Assembly: GCA_964016885.1 (NCBI GenBank)
Contig: OZ024740.1
Location: 277,822,001 to 277,886,000, forward strand
Length of the DNA: 64,000 bases
Direction of reading: 5' to 3'
DNA from: Eledone cirrhosa
Lineage: Eukaryota
Shown: one piece after another, positions 14,402 through 25,480 of the stretch
Layout of the letters: every line of letters begins with the position of its first letter
Numbering within the stretch: position 1 is the stretch's first letter
Made by a program: the position numbers and the translations under genes
Notes under the pieces: model-generated
What the model was told of the DNA's origin: nothing
What the model saw: the letters and a program-made list of their open reading frames with translations, nothing else
The model's database searches: none

Positions 14402-14669
14402 AGTAGAAATAAAATAGAAAAGTAAAGAGGAAGGAGAGGAAGGAACGGAACAAATATGAGAAAATGTGCGTGTGAAGACTAAAATTCGAAGAGAGGTCGA
14501 TAAGGATAATATATATATGAATATATATAAAAGCCTAGAGCAAATATTTATTAAAATAACAGATTATAGTTTAAGCAAAGAATTGCTGCTGTCACCCTTA
14601 ATGGGATCTTCTGAAACTAAAAAGGGTCAAAGCAGCGATTCTTTGGTTAAACTATAATCTGTTATTTTA

Positions 14670-14790
<121 letters not shown>

Positions 14791-14905
14791 GTAATAATAA
14801 TAAAATTGAAGACTAAAATCCAAACAGGGCTCGATAAGGAAAATATATATCAAATATATAATATCAAATATATAATATATATATCAAATAAATAATATTA
14901 TATTA

Positions 14906-14940
<35 letters not shown>

Positions 14941-15134
14941 GATAAATCTACCAAGAGTTTACGGTAGTGTCCAATCCGTATGAAGAACTCAATGTAATCC
15001 GGATATCATGGAAAGAAGAGATGCATTTAAAAATCACTTTCGGTGAAAGATAAACGGAATACAGAGTCAAGATAAAGTATTAAAAAAATAATGAATAAAA
15101 CAATGAAACAGTTCCTTATATTAAACAAAAAAAG

Positions 15135-15287
15135 TTCATTATTTAACGATCGTTTCTAGGACATATATGTGTTAGAATTGGCATGCACACTCAACAGATC
15201 TATGTACAAAATTATACAAAATTATACAAACTATCAAATTTAATATACATACCAACACATACATATGCCGTCTTCAGAAATAATGAA
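15135..15287 (-). ncRNA. Type I hammerhead with about 110-nt stem II extension
   Basis: TTCATTATTT-CTGAAGA-c-GGCATATG...CATATATGTCC-ta-GAA-ACGATCGT-T-AAATAATGAA. Perfect 10-bp stem I, palindromic stem III, GUU cleavage triplet. Confidence 0.75.
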
Positions 15288-15905
15288 ATATATTTATTGA
15301 TAATAACAACAATTCAAAATTACAGGTCTGTTTGGGAACAGAGTTCAAATTAACCTGTGAAATACACAAAAATATATCAAGAAAATACAGTTAGGTGTGT
15401 GTATATATGTAAGTAACTTCGTTCACAGATATGCATAAAAATATATGTTCACATGCATACGCATGTCGAAAAAATGTATGTAAATACAAACATTCAGGGC
15501 TAATGTCTCTGTATGTTTATAATCTACAGATAAAATACACATACGTATATAAACATATATACATTCATATATACACACATATACATACATTCACACACAC
15601 ACGCGCATATACACATAAACATACACATAACCACGAACATACACACACACACACACCCACACACACACACACACACACACATATGTATATATTATTATTA
15701 TAAGCATATGGACATTAAGGTGCGCACATAAGCACTGCCACATATATTTACATCTAGATGCAGAAAGTAGGTAAGGGGGTCAGTAATTACTACGGGTGTC
15801 AGACAACTGCCCATTTATAAAATGTATCTATAAGTTTAGAAATAAAAAGAAATATATTAAAAAAAATATATAAACAAGTAAAATATAAAATACACATCGA
15901 TATAC

Positions 15906-15940
<35 letters not shown>

Positions 15941-16460
15941 CACATATATATACATATATATACACACACATATATATAGAGACACATACATATACATATA
16001 TAAATACATAGACACATATAGATACACACATATATATATATATACATATATTCATAACACACATATATATATATACACACACATATGTACACACAAATAT
16101 ACACACACATACCCATATATATATATACATACACACACATATATACACACACACATATACATATATATATATATATATATATACATACACACACATATAT
16201 ATATACACACACACACACACATACATATACGTATATATACACACACACACATCCATGTATGCATATACACATACAACCACACGCTCACACAACTCAGACA
16301 TACATAAATAAAGAGATATACATACACACATATACATATACATACACACATATACAGGCGTGGATCTATGTATGTGTATGTAAGTAGGTATGTATGTTTG
16401 GGTGTTTGTATGTGAGTATAAAAATACATATGTGCGCATGTAAATAAGCGTGTATGATTG

Positions 16461-16491
<31 letters not shown>

Positions 16492-16688
16492 GTATGTATA
16501 TGTATATATATATGTGTGTATATGTATGTGTATATATATGTCTATATGTATATGTGTGTATGTATATATGTATGTGTGTGTGTGTATGTGAGTATATATA
16601 TTTGTAGAGATGTGTGTATGTATATATATATGTATATATGTGTGCATAATTGTCTGACTGTGTGTATTTATTTATTTATTTATTTATT

Positions 16689-16747
<59 letters not shown>

Positions 16748-16967
16748 ATGTATATGTGTGTGTGTGTGTGTATATATATTTATGTGTATGTATATATCTA
16801 TATGTATATATATATATGTATATGCGTGTATGTATATCTCTTTATTTATGTATGTCTGAGTTGTGTGAGCGTGTGGTTGTATGTGTATATGCATACATGG
16901 ATGTGTGTGTGTGTGTATATATACGTATATGTATGTGTGTGTGTGTGTGTGTATATATATGTCTGTG

Positions 16968-17003
<36 letters not shown>

Positions 17004-17220
17004 TGTATATGTGTGTGTGTATATATGTGTGTGTATGTATATATATATATGGGTATGTGTGTGTATATGTGTGTACATATGTGTGTGTATATATATATAT
17101 GTGTGTTGTGAATATATGTATATATATATATATATGTGTGTATCTATATGTGTCTATGTATTTATATATGTATATGTATGTGTCTCTATATATATGTGTG
17201 TGTATATATATATGTATATA

Positions 17221-17269
<49 letters not shown>

Positions 17270-17881
17270 GTATATCGATGTGTATTTTATATTTTACTTG
17301 TTTATATATTTTTTTTAATATATTTCTTTTTATTTCTAAACTTATAGATACATTTTATAAATAGGCAGTTCTGAGACCCTTAGTAATTACTGACCCCCTT
17401 TACCTACTTCTGCATCTAGATGTAAATATATGTGGCAGTGCTTATGTGCGCGCCTTAATGTCCATATGCTTATAATAATAATATATACATATGTGTGTGT
17501 GTGTGTGTGTGGGTGTGTGTGTGTGTGTATGTTCGTGGTTACGTGTATGTTTATGTGTATATGCGCGTGTGTGTGTGAATGTATGTATATGTGTGTATAT
17601 ATGAATGTATATATGTTTATATACGTATGTGTATTTTATTTGTAGATTATAAACATACAGAGACATTAGCCCTGAATTTTTGTATTTACATACATTTTTT
17701 CGACATGCGTATGCATGTGAACATATATTTTTATGCATATCTGTGAACGAAGTTATTTACATATATACACACACCTAACTGTATTTTCTTGATATATTTT
17801 TGTGTATTTCATTGGTCAATTTGAACTCTGTTCCCAAACAGACCTGTAATTTTGAATTGTTGTTATTATCAATAAATATAT

Positions 17882-18034
17882 TTCATTATTTCTGAAGACG
17901 GCATATGTATGTGTTGGTATGTATATTAAATTTGATAGTTTGTATAATTTTGTATAATTTTGTACATAGATCTGTTGAGTGTACATGCCAATTCTAACAC
18001 ATATATGTCCTAGAAACGATCGTTACATAATGAA
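17882..18034 (+). ncRNA. Inverted copy of the extended hammerhead
   Basis: CTGAAGA at 17892, GAAACGATCGTT at 18013, one mismatch in stem I (ACATAATGAA). Confidence 0.7.
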
Positions 18035-18228
18035 CTTTCTTTGTTTAATATAAGGAACTGTTTCATTGTTTTATTCATTATTTTTTTAATACTTTATATA
18101 TATATATATATATATATAGTGATGTTGCGAATACGCGGTGATTCCTATATTGTTTACACTTGGAGTAATGATAAATCAAGAAAGAAGAGTGACACGGTTT
18201 GCTATATAATAAGGACTTTAATCACTTT

Positions 18229-18334
18229 GCTGACAATTGTTTCTCTGAACTGGTAGGTCTAGAGATCGCTACCCGCCTGCTTCTGCGTCAGTCGATCACC
18301 AATACATAGTTATAACCAGTCAATTCATCAGAGC
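18229..18334 (-). ncRNA. Type I hammerhead with about 80-nt stem II (3' pLTR copy)
   Basis: Reverse complement of the 19464-19569 motif. Confidence 0.7.
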
Positions 18335-19463
18335 TAGCGAGAATGAAGGGAATACACAGGCATGGCTTCTATATATAGTAGTGGCATTCAATCAGACAAT
18401 AACAACAATAGTAACAGTGCTAGCAATAAATTAGTTGAAATAATCACAACATCAATCTAAGTAAGACATAGAGTATACTTATGACTTAAGCATGTAAAAC
18501 GAGCTGATATGAGGCAGATGTATGAAATTGATATGTAAAAGCTGTCATGGGGTGTATTATATATAGTGTAGAGATAAGCCTGGGCTTTAAACAATGTACC
18601 ATTTCCTTTACCGTAGGTTTGGTGACCGTAAGAATTATTTATTATCTGACAGATAAAATATTTTACATTGTAGTGAGGATAGTAATTTTTGTGGTGTGAA
18701 GTGGATTCAATATTTAAGTGGTCTATATTAGATGAAGGCATTGTTAGTTCGAATCATGGGGTTGTTTAGCTTTCACATCATCAATAACATACATATATAA
18801 GATGACATTAACAGAGTAGCAATATAATAGGTAAGTTAATACAGGGGTTAAGGACGCAATATATTTATAGAGAGAGAAAACATGCTGACTACAATTATAA
18901 CAACAGGAGGAAGGTGTTGTTTTCCTGTGGTAGTATTCTAATAATGTACTTGGATTTAGATTCATCTGTTGAGAATCAAGGGTGAGGAAGTTGTGTTGAC
19001 AGCAGCTGAGAAGAGATATATTTATGGATTGATACGATATTTGCAGACATTACTGTGGTATAGAATTTGCTTAATTAATATTATAGTTCTGTGGTGGTCT
19101 GTGTAATAGTGTGGGTTTCATATGTTGAATGCTAAGTTATGTTGGTTCGATTCACGGTGGCTTAAATCTTGTGAATTTAGTGGCGATCCTGTGCCTGCAG
19201 AAAATTGATCTTTCTATCTTGTTATTGAGTAGCCTTTTTTCATTCCTAAAGATATACAGTAATTCAAGATCACAGAGCCTACAATAGGACATACCGGTAC
19301 TATATGCCCTTGTGGCCGACAACCTCTATGTCTTACTTAGATTGATGTTGTCATTATTTCAACTAATTTATTGCTAGCACTGTTAGTATTGTTGTTATTG
19401 TTCTGATTGAATGCCACTACTATATATAGAAGCCATGCCTGTGTATTCCCTTCATTCTCGCTA

Positions 19464-19569
19464 GCTCTGATGAATTGACTGGTTATAACTATGTATTGGT
19501 GATCGATTGTCGCAGAAACAGGCGGGTAGCGATCTCTAGACCTACCAGTTCAGAGAAACAATTGTCAGC
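19464..19569 (+). ncRNA. Type I hammerhead with about 80-nt stem II
   Basis: GCT-CTGATGA-at-TGACTGGT...ACCAGTTCA-ga-GAA-ACAATTGT-C-AGC. Palindromic stem III, GUC site, short stem I. Confidence 0.7.
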
Positions 19570-19621
19570 AAAGTGATTAAAGCCCTTATTATATAGCAAA
19601 CCGTGTCACTCTTCTTTCTTG

Positions 19622-19683
<62 letters not shown>

Positions 19684-19989
19684 GTATATATGTTCACATA
19701 TATACTTACCTTTTTACCTTTGTTTATATTCCATAAACTAGCGGTTCCACAAAAAGAGATCAATAAAATAATTACCAAGTATCAAAATGGTTGACTAAAT
19801 TTAGGTAATAACGGAGCATGTCCGCAATCCAGTGAATAAAACCCGTAAAACTATAAACGAATAAATGTAAATGACGGAAACAGAAACAATATCGCTATTT
19901 TTCTACCAAATAAGATTAACAATTTCCGAAAGGTTTCCAGATTATCCTGACCTCCCTTATTCATGAACCTAAAATAAACAAATACCGGG

Positions 19990-20390
19990 GTTTGTCCGGC
20001 CACTTCCTCAGAGCACCGGTTGCCGTCGAGACCTCAGGCGTACTTGGACCTCCATACTGTCCAGCTTCTCCGCAAGATCAGAGCGTCGGCGGCCCTTCTG
20101 GGGAAGGATCCCCGCGAGGTTGGGTGGTTGTTGCAGCGGGTGTCACTGGCCAACGTCCGGGAGAATGCTTTTGCCGTCTTGTCAGCGGGGCGCAGCACTT
20201 CTGCCCTCTTGCCCTAGTCCCAAAGCCCAATCACCCTCCTCCTTCACCCCTCCCCTCTCTACTGAGACACCAGAGCTCTGGCCATCCATTCCCCCTTCCC
20301 GTTCTTTTTCTTCTCTCTTTCTCTCTTTTGTTTTCTATATTTTCCTATTCTTTCTTTCCTTTCGTTTCCCCCTTTTTGTCATTATTTCTA
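19990..20390 (+). pseudogene. CRE-like (REL endonuclease) non-LTR retrotransposon 3' end
   Basis: PVAVETSGVLGP...LLQRVSLANVRENAFAVL* followed by a pyrimidine-rich tail. Confidence 0.65.
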
Positions 20391-20394
20391 TATT

Positions 20395-20541
20395 GAAGCA
20401 TAGTTACGTCCCTTTACGATCTGAGTTCAAATCCCGCCGAGGTTGACTTTGCCTTTCATCCTTACGGGGTCGATAAAATAAAAGTACCAGTAATGCACTG
20501 GGTATTTTCTGGCCTTGTGCCTAAAATTAGAAACAATTATT
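20395..20541 (+). mobile_element. 5'-truncated SINE copy with TSD ATTATTTCTATATTGAAG
   Basis: Same B-box, core and tail; duplicated flank at about 20381-20398 and 20536-20553. Confidence 0.8.
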
Positions 20542-21239
20542 TCTATATTGAAGGAAGTGAGATAGTTCTTCGAATAAAACAAACAACTTTCTTCATAAAT
20601 AAAAAAAATATATATTTGTTATCGACTTCTTATTTATGAACAATGTTATCCATAATAACAGTATAGTTTGAGTAATTATATGTCTTTAGATAATGATAGT
20701 GTAGACTAATATCGTTTTTATGTATTGCATATTGATTTCTACTTAACCGTTTTATGGCCCATTAAATATGTTAGCACTAATTTATCTATTGTTTTTCTTT
20801 TCTTGCGGAAACTGTCTCTGTTGAATTTAATCTTTAAATAATTTTTCTTTTCTACGCTAGCCAATATGAATTCTTGTGCATGTAATAAGTGATTTTCTTA
20901 TCACTACTTTGTCAGTTTAAAATCTGTTTCAATTATGGAGGTTCATGCAACTTGACCCTTGAGTAATTGAGAGTACACTCCGTTGTAAGACTGACATTTC
21001 AGCTATTGTTGTTACTCATTCTATTTCAGCTGAGTGGTATGTAGCAAGAGGAAACGAAGTGCTCTCCTAAAGTATATAGCCAGCCACCTGGTCCGGTGAT
21101 CAAAACCTCGATATTACGGTCGAGCGATTAACACTTTAACCAATAGGCCGCGCCCCGTCATATGAAAGCGCAATGCTTAGTGCTTAGGTAGTTGATCTTA
21201 CGATTAAGTCTAAGTCTAAAGGACATACAAATATATATA

Positions 21240-21335
21240 CAGGGTGACCCTAAAAATATATACGCACTTTGAATACCTGTACAGGCAGTATTAATTCAAA
21301 TGCTGTTGCAGTGTGTACATTTTGGGGGCATCCTG
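21240..21335. mobile_element. Tc1/mariner-type MITE
   Basis: TA-CAGGGTGACCCTAAAA...TTTTGGGGGCATCCTG-TA imperfect TIRs. Confidence 0.65.
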
Positions 21336-21675
21336 TATATATATATATATATATATATACAATTGGTGTTGGATGCTTAAAGCGTCCGTATGCGGTAGGC
21401 CGTATGAGCAGTCGATGTTCTCATAGAGCAGAGTATGATATCACAGAAAAAAGAGAATCAGTGTTGCGACGAATGTTGTCAAATAAATTTCTTTCGTCAT
21501 ATATATATGTCATTTATTTTCTCTATGTATATATATATATCATAAATCATGTCCTTAGAATTATTAGATAAAATATATACTATTTCCTCTTCTAATTAGC
21601 ATTAATTCTTCATAGAGCTTAAAAGTGACCGGTTGCAACATATATATATATATATAACTTTATGTATGTGTAAAC

Positions 21676-21712
<37 letters not shown>

Positions 21713-21714
<2 letters not shown>

Positions 21715-22422
21715 TATGTCATTTATTTTGTCTAACCTGTTTAGCTTGACTTGTTTTTTTGCTTAGGTGGTTAATGGCTTCTTGACCGCCGTCTCAGTTT
21801 GTATGGCCTTTATAACCTATGTTTATTGCTCTGGTCTTTTAGCCCATGGAGCGCTTGCCAGCATCACTCGGAATTTGCCGTACGTTTCGCTTTTTCTACC
21901 CGCCGAAATGCGATTCTCGCTGAATTTATACTTGTATTAAACTCCCGAGACTTACAATTAACCTGTTAATAATTCTATTGACAGATTAATTGCATAAGTT
22001 TATTTTAAAAACTACCCGGCCGAGAGCTTATTCGATTTGTGCTATTTATGCAATTTTTACATGGATTTACACATACTGAATTCATTTACCAAAATCTGGG
22101 GGTTTCCCCTGTGAGTTACAAATATGCTTTTACAAAACACTGTGTCCTGCACAACACTGGCGCAGAACAAAATACCTGTTGATAACGTGATATTCCTCGT
22201 TCGATCATTATACCAAAAGCTTATTGTTTTAAGCAGACAGTATTATTGATTTAGGTGTCGCAGAAACCCTGTACTGGATTTTACCATCAATTGCAAGGGT
22301 CCAGGTTAGTTATATATATATATATATGTATATGTATATATATATATATGACTATGTCATTTATTTGCGTTACGTTTCGCTTTTTCTACCCGCCGAAATG
22401 CGATTCTCGCTGAATTTATACT
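21713..22422 (+). mobile_element. Non-coding hammerhead-bearing repeat (family B), order X-Y-HHR-(X restart), between (TA)n tracts
   Basis: Homologous to 35155-35710 (-) and 54050-54745 (+). The X start TATGTCATTTATTT and CGTTTCGCTTTTTCTACCCGCCGAAATGCGATTCTCGCTGAATTT recur at about 22353-22422. Confidence 0.75.
22174..22306 (+). ncRNA. Type I hammerhead, U3-A8 core, extended stems II and III
   Basis: ACCTG-TTGATAA-c-GTGATA...TGTCGC-a-GAA-ACCCTGTA...TGCAAGGGT-C-CAGGT. Perfect 5-bp stem I, GUC site. Confidence 0.75.
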
Positions 22423-22527
<105 letters not shown>

Positions 22528-22613
22528 GTAGGTCCCGGGTTGAGTCGGGGATAACCACAGTAAGTAAGGTACTCAATACATGGCAGAGTAAAAATTGTTT
22601 ATTTTATAGAAGG

Positions 22614-22664
22614 AGATTCTACAGGACTAGTACTGTTTCATTCAGATGAAATCTTCAGGAAGCT
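22614..22664 (-). ncRNA. Type I hammerhead in pLTR family A (22527-22720)
   Basis: AGCTTC-CTGAAGA-tTTCATCTGAAt-GAA-ACAG-tactagtc-CTGT-A-GAATCT. Confidence 0.7.
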
Positions 22665-22894
22665 GGGTGTCATATTAAGTTCTGGTATTTATACATTTAG
22701 GTAGTGGTAAGGGAGGGGGGGTAGGATGGTATTTAGATACACAGGACCACAACATGGCACAGGCCGTTTTTTCTTTGGGGAGTGGTCAATTAGCCAGAGT
22801 GCTTTTTTGAAATAAATGAATGAATGAATGAATGAATGAATGAATGAATGAATGAATGAATAAATAAATATATATATATATATAAAAAGTCTAA

Positions 22895-23150
22895 AGTATG
22901 TCTTAAGCCAGAAGGCTCATTTGGCCGCTGCTTATCCCGCTTTCATGGCGTGAAGCGACTGAGAGTACAAGACAGGACGCCAATCCATCACAGGTTAAAC
23001 CCCCAGCTATTGCTGGTTCTCATTTCCAGCTGAGTATACTGGAGCAACATAAAATGAAGTGTTTTGATCAAGAACATAACACGCAATCCAGGAATCGGAC
23101 CCACGACATTATGATCCAACACCCTTACCACTAGGCCACATGCCTCCACG
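22895..23150 (-). mobile_element. Second tRNA-derived SINE family (a related copy at about 20995-21158)
   Basis: Minus strand GTGGCCTAGTGGTAAGG A-box, GGTCCGATTCC B-box-like, body TTGCTCCAGTATACTCAGCTGGAAATGAG. Confidence 0.65.
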
Positions 23151-24429
23151 TACTTACGATTAAATGGTTGTGAATTCGATATCCGGACAGTTATGACTAA
23201 CATTGCTTTGCTAAACATGGTAATTATTTTAGTTACGTTTTTAAAATATGTTGACACTAACATAGTACATCAGTCTGTTAGTCAAAATACTGATTATTCC
23301 TATATTGTTCCCCACGTTAGATAATGTGCATTTGAATAAAGTCTATTCCCCACTGAATCCCTCCAGTTGTAAATGACTATGATTTATTACTGCTGTTTAA
23401 ACGAGTATCACGTAGTTAGTGGATTTTGCGATAATTTTCAGAGCTGTTTCAAAACCGTTAACTGGACTGATCAAGATAAATGGAAGTCACACCAAACTAA
23501 ACGTGACACCAGAGTCATATTTATCAAGATTATCCTTATCATTGTTATTGGATTCGAGATCCACAAGGATTACATGTTTTGTGTGATGGCTTGTGTGTAC
23601 AATATATTCTGTTTAAAAGTATTATGTGCAGTTATTCATTATCATGTGGTTACGTTACTTTCTTACTTGACAGTTCACGGTGACAGCTACAGTATCAAAT
23701 ACTAACGGCAAATGCCGTTTCTATATATTAATTATTCTACAGATTCTATTTAGTCAACATTGAAATGTTGTGCAATAATATCGATTGTAATACAGGGAAT
23801 ACACACGTCTTTAGCGAATGTATTTAAATTATCACATCATTGTATTAAGAATGTTTTCTTTCAAATGAATTCACATGTTTTCTCCTCCCCTTTATGGATG
23901 TAAATTTGCACGTGATTATATGTGTTTGTGATGGTTTATCGAAGCATTATCAGAATTATCAGGTCGGAACAAATGAATGTCAAGTGATTGGTGGAATGGT
24001 AATTTGTTGTCTTGAAATACTAAGTTCAAGTTCTATTATGACCTGAAATTATTTGCAATTTGTACAACGCCTCATATCCTCTTTTTCTTCGAAGAAAAAT
24101 AAAACAGGATTTCTCAATGCTCACTGCCAATCAACACGCAGAATTGTTTTCGTCTCCTGAAGGAGGGCAAATGAATGCTGTTTCAATATTCAACCTGTGT
24201 TGTTGTTTTTTAATATATAAAGGAGTTTTATTATCCATAGTTATATAGATAACATTACACATGTAAAAGGAGTTATAAAACGATGGGAATATTAAGAAGA
24301 AAGATAAAAACAAAATTAAGTAATGAAAAAAGGGGGAAGGCGTAAAGAAGGGCAGATCTAGCTGTATGGAAAAGTAGAGGAAAGGACTATAAATGCCACA
24401 AATGACAGGACTCTTGGGCTACATAAAAA

Positions 24430-24890
24430 AGAAAGGGGGTGGGGGAGAGGTCAATGAGCTCTATACCTAGGGCGGGGCTGTGTTTTGGCTGCGCCCCACG
24501 GAGAAAACTGTAAAGGTATTTCCGGGGACAATAACCAGTGACACACGCTGAAACAGCCACACCACTTCCTCAGACGGGCTGCTGACGTTCCGATTGTGGA
24601 GCTCGGCAGGACGGGACCCGAAGATATCTGAGGTTTCGACAGTGACCGCTGCAAGGAGGATGTTGTCGGATAAGCCCCCGGTATTTGCTTCTCATCCTAC
24701 CCTCTGCATTGTGGCCGAAGCGACTAAGTTGTAGGCGGAGAACGCAGGCGGACGCATGTGGCGTTCCGGTGGGTGCAGGACAAACTTGTCAATGACAGCC
24801 TCACAACGTAATTTGTGTGGTTCACACACGCAGAAGCCGAGGCGTTGGGCAATTCCGATGCGAGTGCACATCATCAAAAAAGGTACTAGT
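24430..24890 (-). pseudogene. CRE-like non-LTR retrotransposon 3' fragment (same type as 19990)
   Basis: Degenerate AEGRMRSKYRG...AVTVETSDIFG...LFQRVSLVIVPGN. Confidence 0.55.
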
Positions 24891-24949
24891 TGATGAAGAT
24901 TGTCTCTCAATCTTGTCACTAATTACTGTTGTTATTTGCCCCCGTGGCG

Positions 24950-25480
24950 TCGACTTCCCCTCCCCAAAATTGCTAGCCTTATGCCAAAATCAGAAAACAT
25001 TATTTTCCCCCATACATTGGACAACATGCTTTGTGACATAGAGTTACGGCCTTATATGTTCTGAGTTCAAATCCCGCCGAGGTTAGCTTTACCTTTCATC
25101 ATTACGTGATCGAAAAACATAAAGCACTAATAACATTGTTGTGCCTAAATCAGAAAGCATTATTTGAATCCTTACGGGGTCGATAAAATAAAGTACCAGT
25201 AATGCACTGGGTAAAATTGCTGGCCTTGTGCTTAAAGTAGAAACAATTATTTGACCCTATAAGGGCATTGGATTGGCACTATCGGTAGACCGATGGATAA
25301 CATACTTTGAGGTATAGTTATAGCCCTTTATGTTCTGAGTTCAACTCCTACTAAGGTTAGCTGTTTCTTTCATCGTTTCATATTTACGCGATCGATAAAA
25401 TAGAATACCAGTACCGCATTGGAATCAATTTAGTCGATCTTTCTCGTCCCTGCAAATTGTGTTAAAAGTAGAAACAAATA
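24950..25480 (+). mobile_element. Cluster of SINE fragments and copies
   Basis: Repeated GAGTTCAAATCCCGCCGAGG, GGGGTCGATAAAATAAAGTACCAG and AGTAGAAACAA blocks. Confidence 0.7.

Larger units (their letters stand above)
15073..18095. repeat. Large inverted repeat (about 1.25-kb arms 15073-16326 / 16827-18095), PLE pseudo-LTR-like, one hammerhead per arm
   Basis: Unique blocks and internal microsatellites mirror each other, e.g. CAACCACACGCTCACACAACTCAGAC versus GTCTGAGTTGTGTGAGCGTGTGGTTG. Confidence 0.9.
18171..19627 (-). mobile_element. 5'-truncated Penelope-like element with inverted pseudo-LTRs (18171-18473 / 19324-19627)
   Basis: Minus strand about 19315-19152 translates to RAYSTGMSYCRLCDLELLYIFRNEKRLLNNKIERSIFCRHRIATKF, matching the GIY-YIG C-terminus (CxLC..LLN..CxH) of the other PLEs here. 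The 300-bp inverted terminal copies each carry a hammerhead. Confidence 0.85.

Noticed and set aside
15799-17364. Long YI/CV/HT-rich ORFs here and at 36, 42, 45, 50-55 kb
   Set aside because: They are translations of (TA)n/(CA)n microsatellites, not proteins.
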